A stretch of DNA of 64,000 nucleotides from Verrucomicrobiia bacterium (GTDB lineage Bacteria; Verrucomicrobiota; Verrucomicrobiia; Limisphaerales; Pedosphaeraceae): contig DATAUW010000002.1 of NCBI GenBank assembly GCA_036268055.1, positions 28,124 to 92,123 of the forward strand. Direction: 5' to 3'. The position numbers and the translations under genes are program-made. The notes beneath the pieces were generated by a model that was not told where the DNA came from, made no database searches, and worked only from the letters and a program-made list of their open reading frames with translations. This document shows positions 47,911 to 56,816 of this stretch, piece after piece (within the stretch, counting starts at the first letter, position 1; the number at the start of each line of letters is the position of its first letter).

Positions 47911-48840
47911 ATGGAAAAAGTTGTGATTATTGGGACAGGTTGCGCGGGACTCACTGCCGCGCTCTACACCGCCCGCGCCAATCTGCAACCGCTCGTGCTG
48001 ACCGGCTTGCATCCCGGCGGTTTGCTGACCACGACGAGCATCGTTGAAAATTTTCCCGGTTTTCCCGAAGGCATTGACGGTTATGAATTGATGTGCCGCA
48101 TGCAGAAGCAGGCCGAACGCTTCGGCGCGCGCATCAAATTTGCGACGGTCGAATCGGTGGATTTTTCCGGCACGCCGCTGGTGCTCACCGTGGATGGCGA
48201 GCGGGTGGAAGCCGAGACGGTGATCATCGCGAGCGGTGCGGGGCATCGCCATCTGGGTTTGGACTCGGAACATTTGCTGGAGAAAAAGGGCGTGACGTAT
48301 TGCGCGACCTGCGATGGGGCGTTGCCGATATTTCGCAATCAGCCGCTGGTGGTCGTTGGCGGCGGCGACTCGGCTTGCGAAGAGGCGACTTATCTCACGC
48401 GCTTCGCATCGGTGGTTTATCTGGTGCATCGGCGCGATACCTTGCGGGCATCGCAAGTAATGGCGGAACGCACTTTGGCGCATGCGAAGGTCAAACCGAT
48501 TTGGGACACGGAAGTGACGGAGATTTTAGATGTCAAACAGGACAAGGTTACCGGCGTGCGCTTGAAGAATTTAAAGACCGAGGCCGAGAGCGTGCTCGAT
48601 TGCGCCGGAGTTTTTGTGGCGGTCGGCCAGATGCCGAACACGCATTTGTTCAAAGGCATCATAGACATGGATGCGAACGGTTACATCGTGCAAAAACGAG
48701 GAACGGCGACGAATATTCCGGGCGTGTTTGTGGCGGGCGATTGCGCCGATTATGTTTATCGCCAGGCGGTGACGGCAGCGGGCGAGGGTTGCGCGGCGGC
48801 GATTGATACGGAGCGTTATCTCGCGGCGCGGAATGAATAA
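47911..48840 (+). CDS. trxB: Thioredoxin-disulfide reductase
   Basis: FAD motif VVIIGTGCAGLTAA. Redox-active CATCDG. NADPH motif VVGGGDSACEEA. Confidence 0.9.
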   Translation: MEKVVIIGTGCAGLTAALYTARANLQPLVLTGLHPGGLLTTTSIVENFPGFPEGIDGYELMCRMQKQAERFGARIKFATVESVDFSGTPLVLTVDGERVEAETVIIASGAGHRHLGLDSEHLLEKKGVTYCATCDGALPIFRNQPLVVVGGGDSACEEATYLTRFASVVYLVHRRDTLRASQVMAERTLAHAKVKPIWDTEVTEILDVKQDKVTGVRLKNLKTEAESVLDCAGVFVAVGQMPNTHLFKGIIDMDANGYIVQKRGTATNIPGVFVAGDCADYVYRQAVTAAGEGCAAAIDTERYLAARNE

Positions 48841-48852
48841 AGGGGTTGGATT

Positions 48853-49473
48853 ATGGAATCGTTGGACAAGGAAATAAGCGAGTTAAAAGTTTTCATAGCG
48901 GACCTGAAGGCGGACCGCGTTTCGCAGAAGGAAAAAGAGAAGCGCGAGTCGTGGACGAAATATACTTCGATGTCCATCGTGTTCATCGCGGTGTTCGCGG
49001 CGGTGGCGACGCAATGGGCGGGGAAATATTCGAGCCGGACGCTGACCTCGCTGAACGACGCGACGTATCATCAGGCATTGGCGACGGACAAGTGGGGGCA
49101 ATACCAGGCGGATTCCATCAAGCGAAATCTTTACGAGGTGGTTCACGATCTTTCGACCAACGTGGCGGCGGTGGGCGTTGACGCGGACAAGCGGGAAAAA
49201 GTTTTCACGGCGAAAGTGAAAAAATATCAGGATGACCAGGACAAGGTCAAAGCGGACGCGGATAATGAAACGAGCTTGAGCGGGCAGGCCTTGGATACGG
49301 CGAGGAATTCGAGCGCGCATGGCGGACGAATGGGCAATGTGACTTCGATTTTCCAAATTTCAATCGCGATGGGTTCGATCTGTCTTGTGGCGAAGAAGAA
49401 ATGGCTTTGGTACGTTTCATTGGCGCTGGCGGCGATTGCGACGGGGCAGATGGTGATGGTTTGGCTGCATTGA
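48853..49473 (+). CDS. DUF4337-like membrane protein (coiled-coil N-terminus, C-terminal TM pair)
   Basis: 206 aa. Architecture consistent with DUF4337. Weak call. Confidence 0.4.
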   Translation: MESLDKEISELKVFIADLKADRVSQKEKEKRESWTKYTSMSIVFIAVFAAVATQWAGKYSSRTLTSLNDATYHQALATDKWGQYQADSIKRNLYEVVHDLSTNVAAVGVDADKREKVFTAKVKKYQDDQDKVKADADNETSLSGQALDTARNSSAHGGRMGNVTSIFQISIAMGSICLVAKKKWLWYVSLALAAIATGQMVMVWLH

Positions 49474-49621
49474 GGAGAGCGTAGATAGAGTTTAGAGTTG
49501 CGGTATAAGCCGGGGGCGGCAGTCTTAGCCGTGCGTTGCTGCGAGTCATAGACTCGCGGTCCATTAGGAGTATGAAACGGTTGCAAGTTTGGGGCGCGGG
49601 GTGTTATATCGGGGTAATTCT

Positions 49622-50515
49622 ATGGGCACAGATAATAATTCAGGGCAGGGGATTAAACTTCCGGAAGGCGTCACTTTAACCAAGGGTTCGGGCGGCTTGC
49701 CGATGGTAAGCATCAAGGCAGGGCAAAGTGTGGCGGAGATTTATTTGCACGGGGCGCATGTGACCCATTTTCAAAAACAAGGCGAGGCGCCGCTTTTGTG
49801 GATGAGCGCGAAGAGCAAGTTCGATGAGGCGAGCGCGATTCGCGGGGGCATCCCGGTAATTTTTCCGTGGTTCGGCGGGCGCACCGGTTGTCCAGCGCAT
49901 GGATTTGCACGCGTGAAGAATTGGATTTTGGCGGGAGCGTCGAAGGGCGCGAATGGAGCGGTGACGGTTCATTTGCATTTGCCGGAGACGAATGAGGCGG
50001 GCTTCGCCAATTTTGAGGCGGATTATTTCGTGACGGTGAGTGAGGTTTTGGAAGTCAAATTAACGGTGACAAATAAATCTTCCAGTGAGGAATTCAAATA
50101 TGAAGATTGTTTGCACAGTTACTTTACCATCGGTGACATCGGCTCAGTCGCGGTGAAAGGACTCAAGGGTGTGCGCTATTTGGACAAGGTGGATGGCGGC
50201 GCGGAGAAGACGGAGACGAATGATGCGATCGTGATTTCGTCCGAGGTGGACCGGGTTTATATGGAGACCAAGGCAACGGTGGAGATTCACGATGGCAAAT
50301 TGCACCGGAAAATTTTGGTGGAGAAAACCGGTTCAGCGGCGACGGTGGTTTGGAATCCGTGGATAGCGAAATCCAAGGCGATGGCGGATTTTGGCGATGA
50401 AGAATATCACACGATGGTTTGCGTGGAGTCGGGCAACGTCAGCAAAAATAGTGTGACGCTGGCGCCGGGAAAAACGGCCACGCTAACGGCCAGGTTGTCG
50501 AGCGCGCCTTTGTAA
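49622..50515 (+). CDS. D-hexose-6-phosphate mutarotase (aldose 1-epimerase family, YeaD-like)
   Basis: GIPVIFPWFG...HGFAR and downstream conserved blocks. The start at 49622 is preferred. Confidence 0.85.
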   Translation: MGTDNNSGQGIKLPEGVTLTKGSGGLPMVSIKAGQSVAEIYLHGAHVTHFQKQGEAPLLWMSAKSKFDEASAIRGGIPVIFPWFGGRTGCPAHGFARVKNWILAGASKGANGAVTVHLHLPETNEAGFANFEADYFVTVSEVLEVKLTVTNKSSSEEFKYEDCLHSYFTIGDIGSVAVKGLKGVRYLDKVDGGAEKTETNDAIVISSEVDRVYMETKATVEIHDGKLHRKILVEKTGSAATVVWNPWIAKSKAMADFGDEEYHTMVCVESGNVSKNSVTLAPGKTATLTARLSSAPL

Positions 50516-50596
50516 TTGGGTTTTCCAGCACAATACCAAAGCTGTTGGTGTTAAATTTGAGAAACGGTTAAAACCGTTTCTTGCATACGTTGGGAT

Positions 50597-50775
50597 TTTC
50601 CCCTAACTGAAGTTAGGGATTAATGAGAAGTGTTGGGCAAGTAGGTGAGGGTTGGTTCCATAAGCGGATTTCTTTCGTCCCTTCGGGACTTGATTTGCAA
50701 TGGACGCAAACCCAGCAATAAATTGCTGGGCAAATATCTGCCGTCCCTGCGGGACTTCGGACGGGGAGCGTCAGC
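50597..50775 (+). repeat. Structured ~180-nt repeat element, copy 1 (candidate ncRNA or MITE). It contains a 7-bp-stem/UGAA-loop hairpin, two gtccc-N3/4-gggac hairpins, and the 20-nt perfect palindrome cccagcaataaattgctggg.
   Basis: About 80% identical to 60270-60445. Both copies lie in convergent intergenic spacers. Confidence 0.55.
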
Positions 50776-50887
50776 TCCGTCCTGCGCGCGTTGGAATCTT
50801 CCTGCCGGACTGGGGCGAGACGTTTATAGTTATGCTCTTCCATCAAGGACGGTTACGCGCGCCGCTTGTAGCTTATCTTATAAAATT

Positions 50888-52483
50888 CTAGTGCGGTGCG
50901 GCCTTGGGACTGCCCTGCCATTCCAAAACTTGTTTTTCGGCGAGGAGTTGGGCCTGGAGTTTGGCGACGTCAATTTTTTGCACCGCCACTTTATCATTGA
51001 TCGCTTCGCAAGCGGCAGCGGCGGAGGATTGACCGAGCACCATGAAAACCGGTTCCATACGAATGGAGCCGTAAGCGATGTGCGTTGAGGAAAGGCAGAC
51101 GGGGACGAAAAGATTTTCGCACTCGGACACTTTCGGCACGATGGAACGATAGGCGATTTGATAGGGTGGGAAGCCGCCGATTTGAGTATCGCCTTCATTT
51201 TCGACGCGGCCATTTTTTACGATGCGCTGGCAGTTGTGCGAATCCATCGTGTAGGCGGCGAGGCCGATGGCGTCGGGAAGTTTGGTCGAGTCGCGGCAAT
51301 TATTTTCCGTCATGACGTAATCAGAAATCATGCGGCGCGCCTCGCGGATGTAAAGTTGATGGGGCCAGCCGCCGGTGTCGGTGAATTCATCTTTGGCCAG
51401 GCCCCATGATTGCATGTAGCGGCGCATGGTTTCGGGAACGCGCGGGCTGGTCGCGAGAAAGTAGAGGAAACCGCGCGTGTAATCTTCGTGTTCGCGAAAG
51501 ATCTGTTCACGTCGCGTGTAATTCGCCTCGGGATAATCGTAACTCGCGCCAATAAAATCAGTGGAGAAACCGCCGTTGTTGTTGATGTCGGTTTTGCCGT
51601 TCGGCATCGGCTGGATGTGCATGAACTCGCCAAGCTTGGGGTTTTTGCCGGCGGCGACAAGGGCTTCGAGGTAACGCGCGAGTAGTTCGTAGCGCGCGGG
51701 ATCGTAATTGGCAGGCGCGGCGATGGGAATTTTGTTGGTGGGATTTTGCGTGAGGCAGAGGCGGAAATTGTACGCTTGCACGCAACGGTCACCGGCACCG
51801 GGCACGCCGCCATCGCCGGGTTGAACCAGGGGAATCAAGCCGCTGGTTGGGTCGCCGGGTTTCACGTAGGGATCTACGGCAATGGTGAATTGATGCTTGG
51901 GCGTTTGGGGGCGGACGCCATCGAGGGTTTCGTGATATTGCGAATTGGGTTCACGCCCGACGAAATAGGAAACGCCGGCGCGCGCCATGAGGTCGCCTTC
52001 ATAGCTGGCATCAATGAACATTTTCGCGCGAAAAATATTGCCATTTTCCATCACGATTTCCGTGATGCGCGCGCCGTCTTTTTTTACGGAGGCAAGGCGT
52101 TGTTGAAAATAGACGGGCACTTTGGTTTCGTGCGCCATTTTGACGAAGATATTTTCGGCGACGCTAGGCTCGAAGGACCATTGTTCCTCCTTGTGATAAT
52201 GGCGGCCCATGCGCTGATAGAATTCGCGCGAGAGACCGCCGATGGCGGCTTTGTTGCCGATGTCGGTTTGGCTGAGGCCGCCAGAACTCATGCCGCCGAG
52301 ATGCGAACCGAATTCGGTGAGGACGACAGATTTGCCAAGGCGCGCGGTTTCAACGGCGGCGATGACTCCGCCGGCAGTGCCGTCGTAAACGCAAACGTCG
52401 GCGGTGATGATTTCAGCGGCGGAATTGTGCGCAGCGAGCGCGGACGCGGCGCAGAACAAAAACGCGCGCCAGAATTTTTTCAT
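50888..52483 (-). CDS. Secreted FAD-dependent oxidoreductase (FAD_oxidored family)
   Basis: Signal peptide MKKFWRAFLFCAASALAA. FAD-binding dinucleotide motif VCVYDGTAGGVIAAVETAR. The ORF-track N-terminal extension to 52579 was rejected. Confidence 0.7.
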   Translation of the reverse strand: MKKFWRAFLFCAASALAAHNSAAEIITADVCVYDGTAGGVIAAVETARLGKSVVLTEFGSHLGGMSSGGLSQTDIGNKAAIGGLSREFYQRMGRHYHKEEQWSFEPSVAENIFVKMAHETKVPVYFQQRLASVKKDGARITEIVMENGNIFRAKMFIDASYEGDLMARAGVSYFVGREPNSQYHETLDGVRPQTPKHQFTIAVDPYVKPGDPTSGLIPLVQPGDGGVPGAGDRCVQAYNFRLCLTQNPTNKIPIAAPANYDPARYELLARYLEALVAAGKNPKLGEFMHIQPMPNGKTDINNNGGFSTDFIGASYDYPEANYTRREQIFREHEDYTRGFLYFLATSPRVPETMRRYMQSWGLAKDEFTDTGGWPHQLYIREARRMISDYVMTENNCRDSTKLPDAIGLAAYTMDSHNCQRIVKNGRVENEGDTQIGGFPPYQIAYRSIVPKVSECENLFVPVCLSSTHIAYGSIRMEPVFMVLGQSSAAAACEAINDKVAVQKIDVAKLQAQLLAEKQVLEWQGSPKAAPH

Positions 52484-53001
52484 TTGGGGGAGGGACGTGA
52501 ATGAGGGGCTTCGGACTTGGCTTTGGCATTGGCGGCGGACTGGTCTTTCATGGGGCGAAAATTTCCCTGTTCGCAGCATTGCACAAAACCTTCAGTGACG
52601 GATTTCAATTCCTCCCAGCGGCCGCGGATGTCGGCGGCTTCACTGGCGACGATTTGGTTGTCGGCAACGGCGGTGGCGATGACAGCGAGGAGGTCGGCGA
52701 ATTCCTGGATGATTTCATTGGTGGCGGGAATGAGAAATTCCTGGTGAGCATTATGCGTCTTGGGATTCTTGATGAAGAATCCGCCGTTGCGCTGGCAGAG
52801 CCATTGGACGATGCGCAGATCGCCGGTGCATTTTTGGAGGGCGTCAATGCGATCGAGGGGATTGGCGGTTCCGCTGCCGACGGTGGCCTCGGGTGGCTCA
52901 GCCCATTTGTAAATCATGGAGAGCGAAAGGCTCAACTCGGCGGCGACTTGTTTGGCGCTGCATTTCTGAAAAACTTCGCGCAATAACTCGTGAGATTGCA
53001 T
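52480..53001 (-). CDS. Hypothetical protein, possibly a helix-turn-helix DNA-binding regulator
   Basis: 173 aa. The segment QVAAELSLSLSMIYKWAEP resembles an HTH. No confident family assignment. Confidence 0.35.
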   Translation of the reverse strand: MQSHELLREVFQKCSAKQVAAELSLSLSMIYKWAEPPEATVGSGTANPLDRIDALQKCTGDLRIVQWLCQRNGGFFIKNPKTHNAHQEFLIPATNEIIQEFADLLAVIATAVADNQIVASEAADIRGRWEELKSVTEGFVQCCEQGNFRPMKDQSAANAKAKSEAPHSRPSPK

Positions 53002-53090
53002 GGGAAACTAAAATGCAGGGAGCGGTGGGAATTGCAAGCCAGAAGGGCGTGTGGTGTATTCGTGAGCGTTGGGGTTTTCGGTGAATTAGA

Positions 53091-53204
53091 TTTGACGCAG
53101 AGGCGCAGAGCGGGGAAAGAAATGAGACGAGGATGAAGGGATATTATTCATGACTCTTTTTCCCAGTGGCCGTCCGCAAGGACCTCTGTGCCTCTGCGTC
53201 AAAA
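53091..53204. mobile_element. MITE-like non-autonomous element (~114 bp) with 20-nt perfect TIRs tttgacgcagaggcgcagag / ctctgtgcctctgcgtcaaa
   Basis: TIRs read directly from the sequence. The internal core tttcccagtggccgtccgcaagga recurs at 33745. The left TIR plus an octamer expansion recurs at 1048-1090. No coding capacity. Confidence 0.5.
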
Positions 53205-53393
53205 ATGATTTGGAATGATGGCGTGATTGCTTCGATGCGGGTTATAAACGCGGGATGAAATTATAAATGATTTTGAATCGGGCGCGTTGTATCAAATGGA
53301 GCATGCGAAGCGGAGAGGATTTGGCGGCTTGAAATTCCTTGCTGGGCAAATGGATTTCGCGGATAAGTAAAGAAAACGAACAGGCGGGTATTT

Positions 53394-53957
53394 ATGGAAT
53401 TCTTTATCTATCTTATTTGCTTGGGGGTTGGACTGGTTTTCACTTTGTTGACCGCATTTTTTGGGCACGTGATGGGCGGGGGCGGGCATGATGCGCACGT
53501 GGGCGGGAGCGGCGGGCATGCGGAGGCAGGCGGAGATGCGAGTGACATGCCGGGGGTTTCGATTTTCAGCCCGACGGTCATCACGACGTTCATAACGGCC
53601 TTTGGCGGATTCGGAATTATTTTTCATCAGATTCCGGCGACGCATAATGTTTTGTTGAGCGCGCCGTTGGCCGCGGTGTTCGCGGTGCTGACGTCGGGAG
53701 TGGTGCTGATGGGCTTGCGGCAATTATTTAAGCGGACCCAAAGTTCGAGCGAATCGAAAGTTGGTGATTTGGAAGGAGCGGTTGGGCATATCATCACGCC
53801 GATTCCGCAGAATGGCGTCGGAGAAATCGCTTACGTGCAGTCGGGCAGCCGCTATACCGCGCCGGCGCGTGAAACCGATGGGGCACCGGTGCCGACGGGC
53901 GCGACCGTCAAGATTGTGCGCATTGTCGGTTCGCAATTTTACGTGAAGACGGTTTGA
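53394..53957 (+). CDS. NfeD-family membrane protein (partner of flotillin/SPFH proteins)
   Basis: 187 aa. N-terminal TM helices. A C-terminal OB-fold/beta-barrel segment (GEIAYVQSGSRYTAPAR...VKIVRIVG). Confidence 0.7.
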   Translation: MEFFIYLICLGVGLVFTLLTAFFGHVMGGGGHDAHVGGSGGHAEAGGDASDMPGVSIFSPTVITTFITAFGGFGIIFHQIPATHNVLLSAPLAAVFAVLTSGVVLMGLRQLFKRTQSSSESKVGDLEGAVGHIITPIPQNGVGEIAYVQSGSRYTAPARETDGAPVPTGATVKIVRIVGSQFYVKTV

Positions 53958-53977
53958 AATTCAGAGAGACGAATTCT

Positions 53978-55537
53978 ATGACAAACTTGAATCCAATTCT
54001 GGCGGATATAGGCGGGTTGACTACGACGGCCATGGTAGTTGCGGCGGTACTGATCATCGCGGTGGTTCTTTTCACATTGGTGGTAACCATTTTGAGCCGG
54101 TACACAAAAGTGGGGCCGAACCAGGTGTTGATTGTTTCCGGCAAGAGCCACCGGTACACCGATCCGGACGGCCAGGTAAACACGCGCGGCTTTCGCATCG
54201 TCAAAGGCGGCGGCACATTTGTTTATCCGGTGGTAGAAAAGGTGGACATCCTTTCGCTGGAGTTGCTCACGATTGATGTGAACACGCCGGAAGTCTATAC
54301 GAGCAAAGGCGTGCCAGTGAAGGTGGATGGCATCGCGCAGATCAAGGTGAAGGGCGATGATATTTCGGTGGCGACGGCGGCGGAACAGTTTTTGAGCAAG
54401 TCCACGGACGAAGTCAAAAACGTGGCGATGCAAACGCTCGAAGGCCATTTGCGTGCGATTCTCGGCACGATGACGGTGGAGGATATTTATCAGAACCGCG
54501 ATGCGTTCGCCTCGAAGGTGCAGGAAGTGGCGGCGGGCGACATGGCGAACATGGGTTTGACCATCGTCAGTTTTACGATTCGGGATATTCGCGATGCGCA
54601 GGGTTATCTCGAAGCGCTGGGGCGTCCGCGGATCGCACAGGTAAAGCGCGACGCGCAGATCGCGCAGGCGGAGGCTGACCGTGACGCGATGATCCGTTCG
54701 GCGGCGGCGACGCAGGCGGGGCAGGAAGCGAAATTCGTGGCGGACTCGAAGATTGCCGAGGCGCAACGGGATTATCAATCGAACGTGGCGACTTACCAGG
54801 CGGTGGTGAACCAGAAAAAAGCCGAGGCGGATCTGGCGTACGATTTGCAGAAGTTCAAGACCGGGCAGTTGGTGAAGGCGGAAGAAATTCAGGTCAACAT
54901 CATCGAAAAGCAGAAGCAGATCGAATTACAGCAACAGGAAATTTTACGCAAGCAGCGCGAACTCGAAGCGATGGTGCAGAAGCCGGCGGACGCCGAGCGG
55001 TACCGCGTGGAGACATTGGCGAACGCGAAGAAATATCAATTAGAAGCGGAAGCGTCCGGCGCGGCGGCGGCGGCGAAGGCGACGGGCTTTGCGAATGCGG
55101 ACGTGGCGAAGGCGACGGGCATCGCGGAAGCGGAAGCGAACAAGGCGCGCGGTTTGGCGGAGGCGGCGATTATTGAGGCGCAAGGTACTGCAACGGCTGA
55201 AGCGATGAAGCTGAAAGCGGAGTCGTTTAAGATTTATAATGAGGCGGCGGTGATCGAAATGATCGTCCGTATTTTGCCGGAGGTTGCCGGCAAGATCAGC
55301 GAACCGCTGGCCAAGACGGACAAGATGGTGATCATCAATAGCGGCAGCGGACCGGGCGGCGGCGCGAGCAAATTGACGGGCGACGTGGCGCAAATCATCA
55401 GCCAATTACCGCCGGTGATCGAGAGTTTGACGGGCATCCGGTTCGAGAAATTGCTTCAACAGGTGCCGGCGATCAAACGGGCGATGGAATCGGAAAACGA
55501 CGTGAAGAAAACGGAAGATGACAAGAAACAGACGTAA
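53978..55537 (+). CDS. Flotillin-like SPFH/band-7 protein (FloT/YuaG-like)
   Basis: SPFH domain followed by Ala/Glu-rich flotillin repeats (AEAEANKARGLAEAAIIEAQGTATAEA). Downstream of NfeD, as in the canonical nfeD-floT pair. Confidence 0.9.
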   Translation: MTNLNPILADIGGLTTTAMVVAAVLIIAVVLFTLVVTILSRYTKVGPNQVLIVSGKSHRYTDPDGQVNTRGFRIVKGGGTFVYPVVEKVDILSLELLTIDVNTPEVYTSKGVPVKVDGIAQIKVKGDDISVATAAEQFLSKSTDEVKNVAMQTLEGHLRAILGTMTVEDIYQNRDAFASKVQEVAAGDMANMGLTIVSFTIRDIRDAQGYLEALGRPRIAQVKRDAQIAQAEADRDAMIRSAAATQAGQEAKFVADSKIAEAQRDYQSNVATYQAVVNQKKAEADLAYDLQKFKTGQLVKAEEIQVNIIEKQKQIELQQQEILRKQRELEAMVQKPADAERYRVETLANAKKYQLEAEASGAAAAAKATGFANADVAKATGIAEAEANKARGLAEAAIIEAQGTATAEAMKLKAESFKIYNEAAVIEMIVRILPEVAGKISEPLAKTDKMVIINSGSGPGGGASKLTGDVAQIISQLPPVIESLTGIRFEKLLQQVPAIKRAMESENDVKKTEDDKKQT

Positions 55538-55572
55538 CCAATCCGTGGGCGTTCCGCGGAGAAAGGGATGAT

Positions 55573-55872
55573 ATGAGTTTGTTCGTTGGAATCATTGCGG
55601 TGTTTGTGTTGTTCATAGCGGCCGTGGTTTTGTGCCTGACGCTGGTGCCGATGGCGGTTGGGTTGTTGTTTCCGCTGGTGTTGCTGGCGCTGATCGCATT
55701 CGCCTTTGTGTTTTGGATATGGATGCTGGTGGATTGCATCCGAAATGAAAATATCAGCGGCACGGAAAGGGTGATTTGGGCGCTGGTGATATTTTTCACG
55801 CATTGTTTGGGCGCGTTGATTTATTTTTTTGTCGGACGTTCCAGAAGCCCGCGGGCAAGTTTTGTCCGATAG
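55573..55872 (+). CDS. PLDc_N-domain small membrane protein
   Basis: 99 aa, 2 TM. The WMLVDCIRNE...W.LVIFF...G..IYFF pattern matches the PLD-nuclease N-terminal domain. Confidence 0.5.
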   Translation: MSLFVGIIAVFVLFIAAVVLCLTLVPMAVGLLFPLVLLALIAFAFVFWIWMLVDCIRNENISGTERVIWALVIFFTHCLGALIYFFVGRSRSPRASFVR

Positions 55873-55887
55873 TTTGGCGAAAAATTC

Positions 55888-56736
55888 ATGCGACTATTTG
55901 AAGCAATCGTTGAAGCGAATCACCGCGCCCTCGCGGGGGATTTGACAGCGGGATTGCACCAGGCGGAGTTTGCCGAGTCGTTGCCAATTGTGGCGCTGAC
56001 GTGCATTGATCCGAGGCTGAACCCGATCTTTCCCGATGTGCTGGGGGTGACGAAGGAAAATTTCATCCAGTTGCGCACGGCGGGAAATATCGTGGATGGT
56101 TCGATAACGGGGACAGCGCGTTCGCTGGCGCTGGCGTGCGCGCTCAAGGGCGCGAAGGAGATTGCCATCATCGGCCATACGGATTGCGCGGTGCGCAAGA
56201 CTTCGGCGATGAATTTGACGGAATGTTTTCGCGCGCTGGGGATTGAGCGGGGGATGCTGCCGGATAATTTGACGGAATTTTTCGGCTTGTTCGCCAGTGA
56301 GCCGCAGAACGTGATGAGGGGAGTCGAGCATATTCGACAGAGTCCGTTGATCGGCCCGAAAATACCGGTGCATGGGTTGATGGTGGACATCGTCACGGGG
56401 AAATTGAATTGGGTGGTGAACGGTTATGAGGCGACGACGCTGGCGGCGGTGCGGAACACCGAGGGCGCGACTTTGACCGGCGGGTTTAATGTGGCAGTCA
56501 ATTCGCTGCCGGATTTCAAGATTGGCGAGATGAAATTTCCGGAGACGAAGATTGGAGATTTGGCGTCGAAGGTGGAACGGACTTTGCAGGTGAATGAACC
56601 AAAGCCGGCGGGAGGGACTCCGGTTGCACCCGCGACTGCGCCGCCGGTGATCGTGAAATCACCGCCGGTTCCGCCAAAGGTTCCGATGCCGGTGGTGCCG
56701 CCGGGATTCAAGCTGCCGCGGAACATGAAATTTTAG
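55888..56736 (+). CDS. Beta-class carbonic anhydrase-like protein with a Pro-rich C-terminal tail
   Basis: Zinc-site residues in the expected order (CIDPR ... HTDCA). The tail PPVIVKSPPVPPKVPMPVVPP is Pro-rich. Confidence 0.5.
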   Translation: MRLFEAIVEANHRALAGDLTAGLHQAEFAESLPIVALTCIDPRLNPIFPDVLGVTKENFIQLRTAGNIVDGSITGTARSLALACALKGAKEIAIIGHTDCAVRKTSAMNLTECFRALGIERGMLPDNLTEFFGLFASEPQNVMRGVEHIRQSPLIGPKIPVHGLMVDIVTGKLNWVVNGYEATTLAAVRNTEGATLTGGFNVAVNSLPDFKIGEMKFPETKIGDLASKVERTLQVNEPKPAGGTPVAPATAPPVIVKSPPVPPKVPMPVVPPGFKLPRNMKF

Positions 56737-56816
56737 CGCGGTTGTGGCGGATAAATGAATGGAGTGATGGCGAGCGGGGTTTCAAAGCGTATTTCTAAAT
56801 CACAAATAAATATTTT

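Noticed and set aside
50645-51088. 147-aa plus-strand ORF, and the similar 79-aa ORF at 60169-60408 (shared FLSSLRDLI..PSNKLLG)
   Set aside because: The similarity between them is due to both reading through the same structured repeat. The ORFs extend into unrelated flanking sequence and have no start context.
50888-52579. N-terminal 32-aa extension of the FAD oxidoreductase given by the ORF track (start 52579)
   Set aside because: A signal peptide begins at the internal Met (MKKFWRAF, 52483). The extension would overlap the upstream gene's coding region by 100 nt.
52480-53393. Possible prophage or IS remnant (HTH protein next to the MITE-like element)
   Set aside because: There are no integrase, transposase, terminase or capsid-like ORFs. 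The HTH protein alone, together with a non-autonomous repeat, is insufficient.
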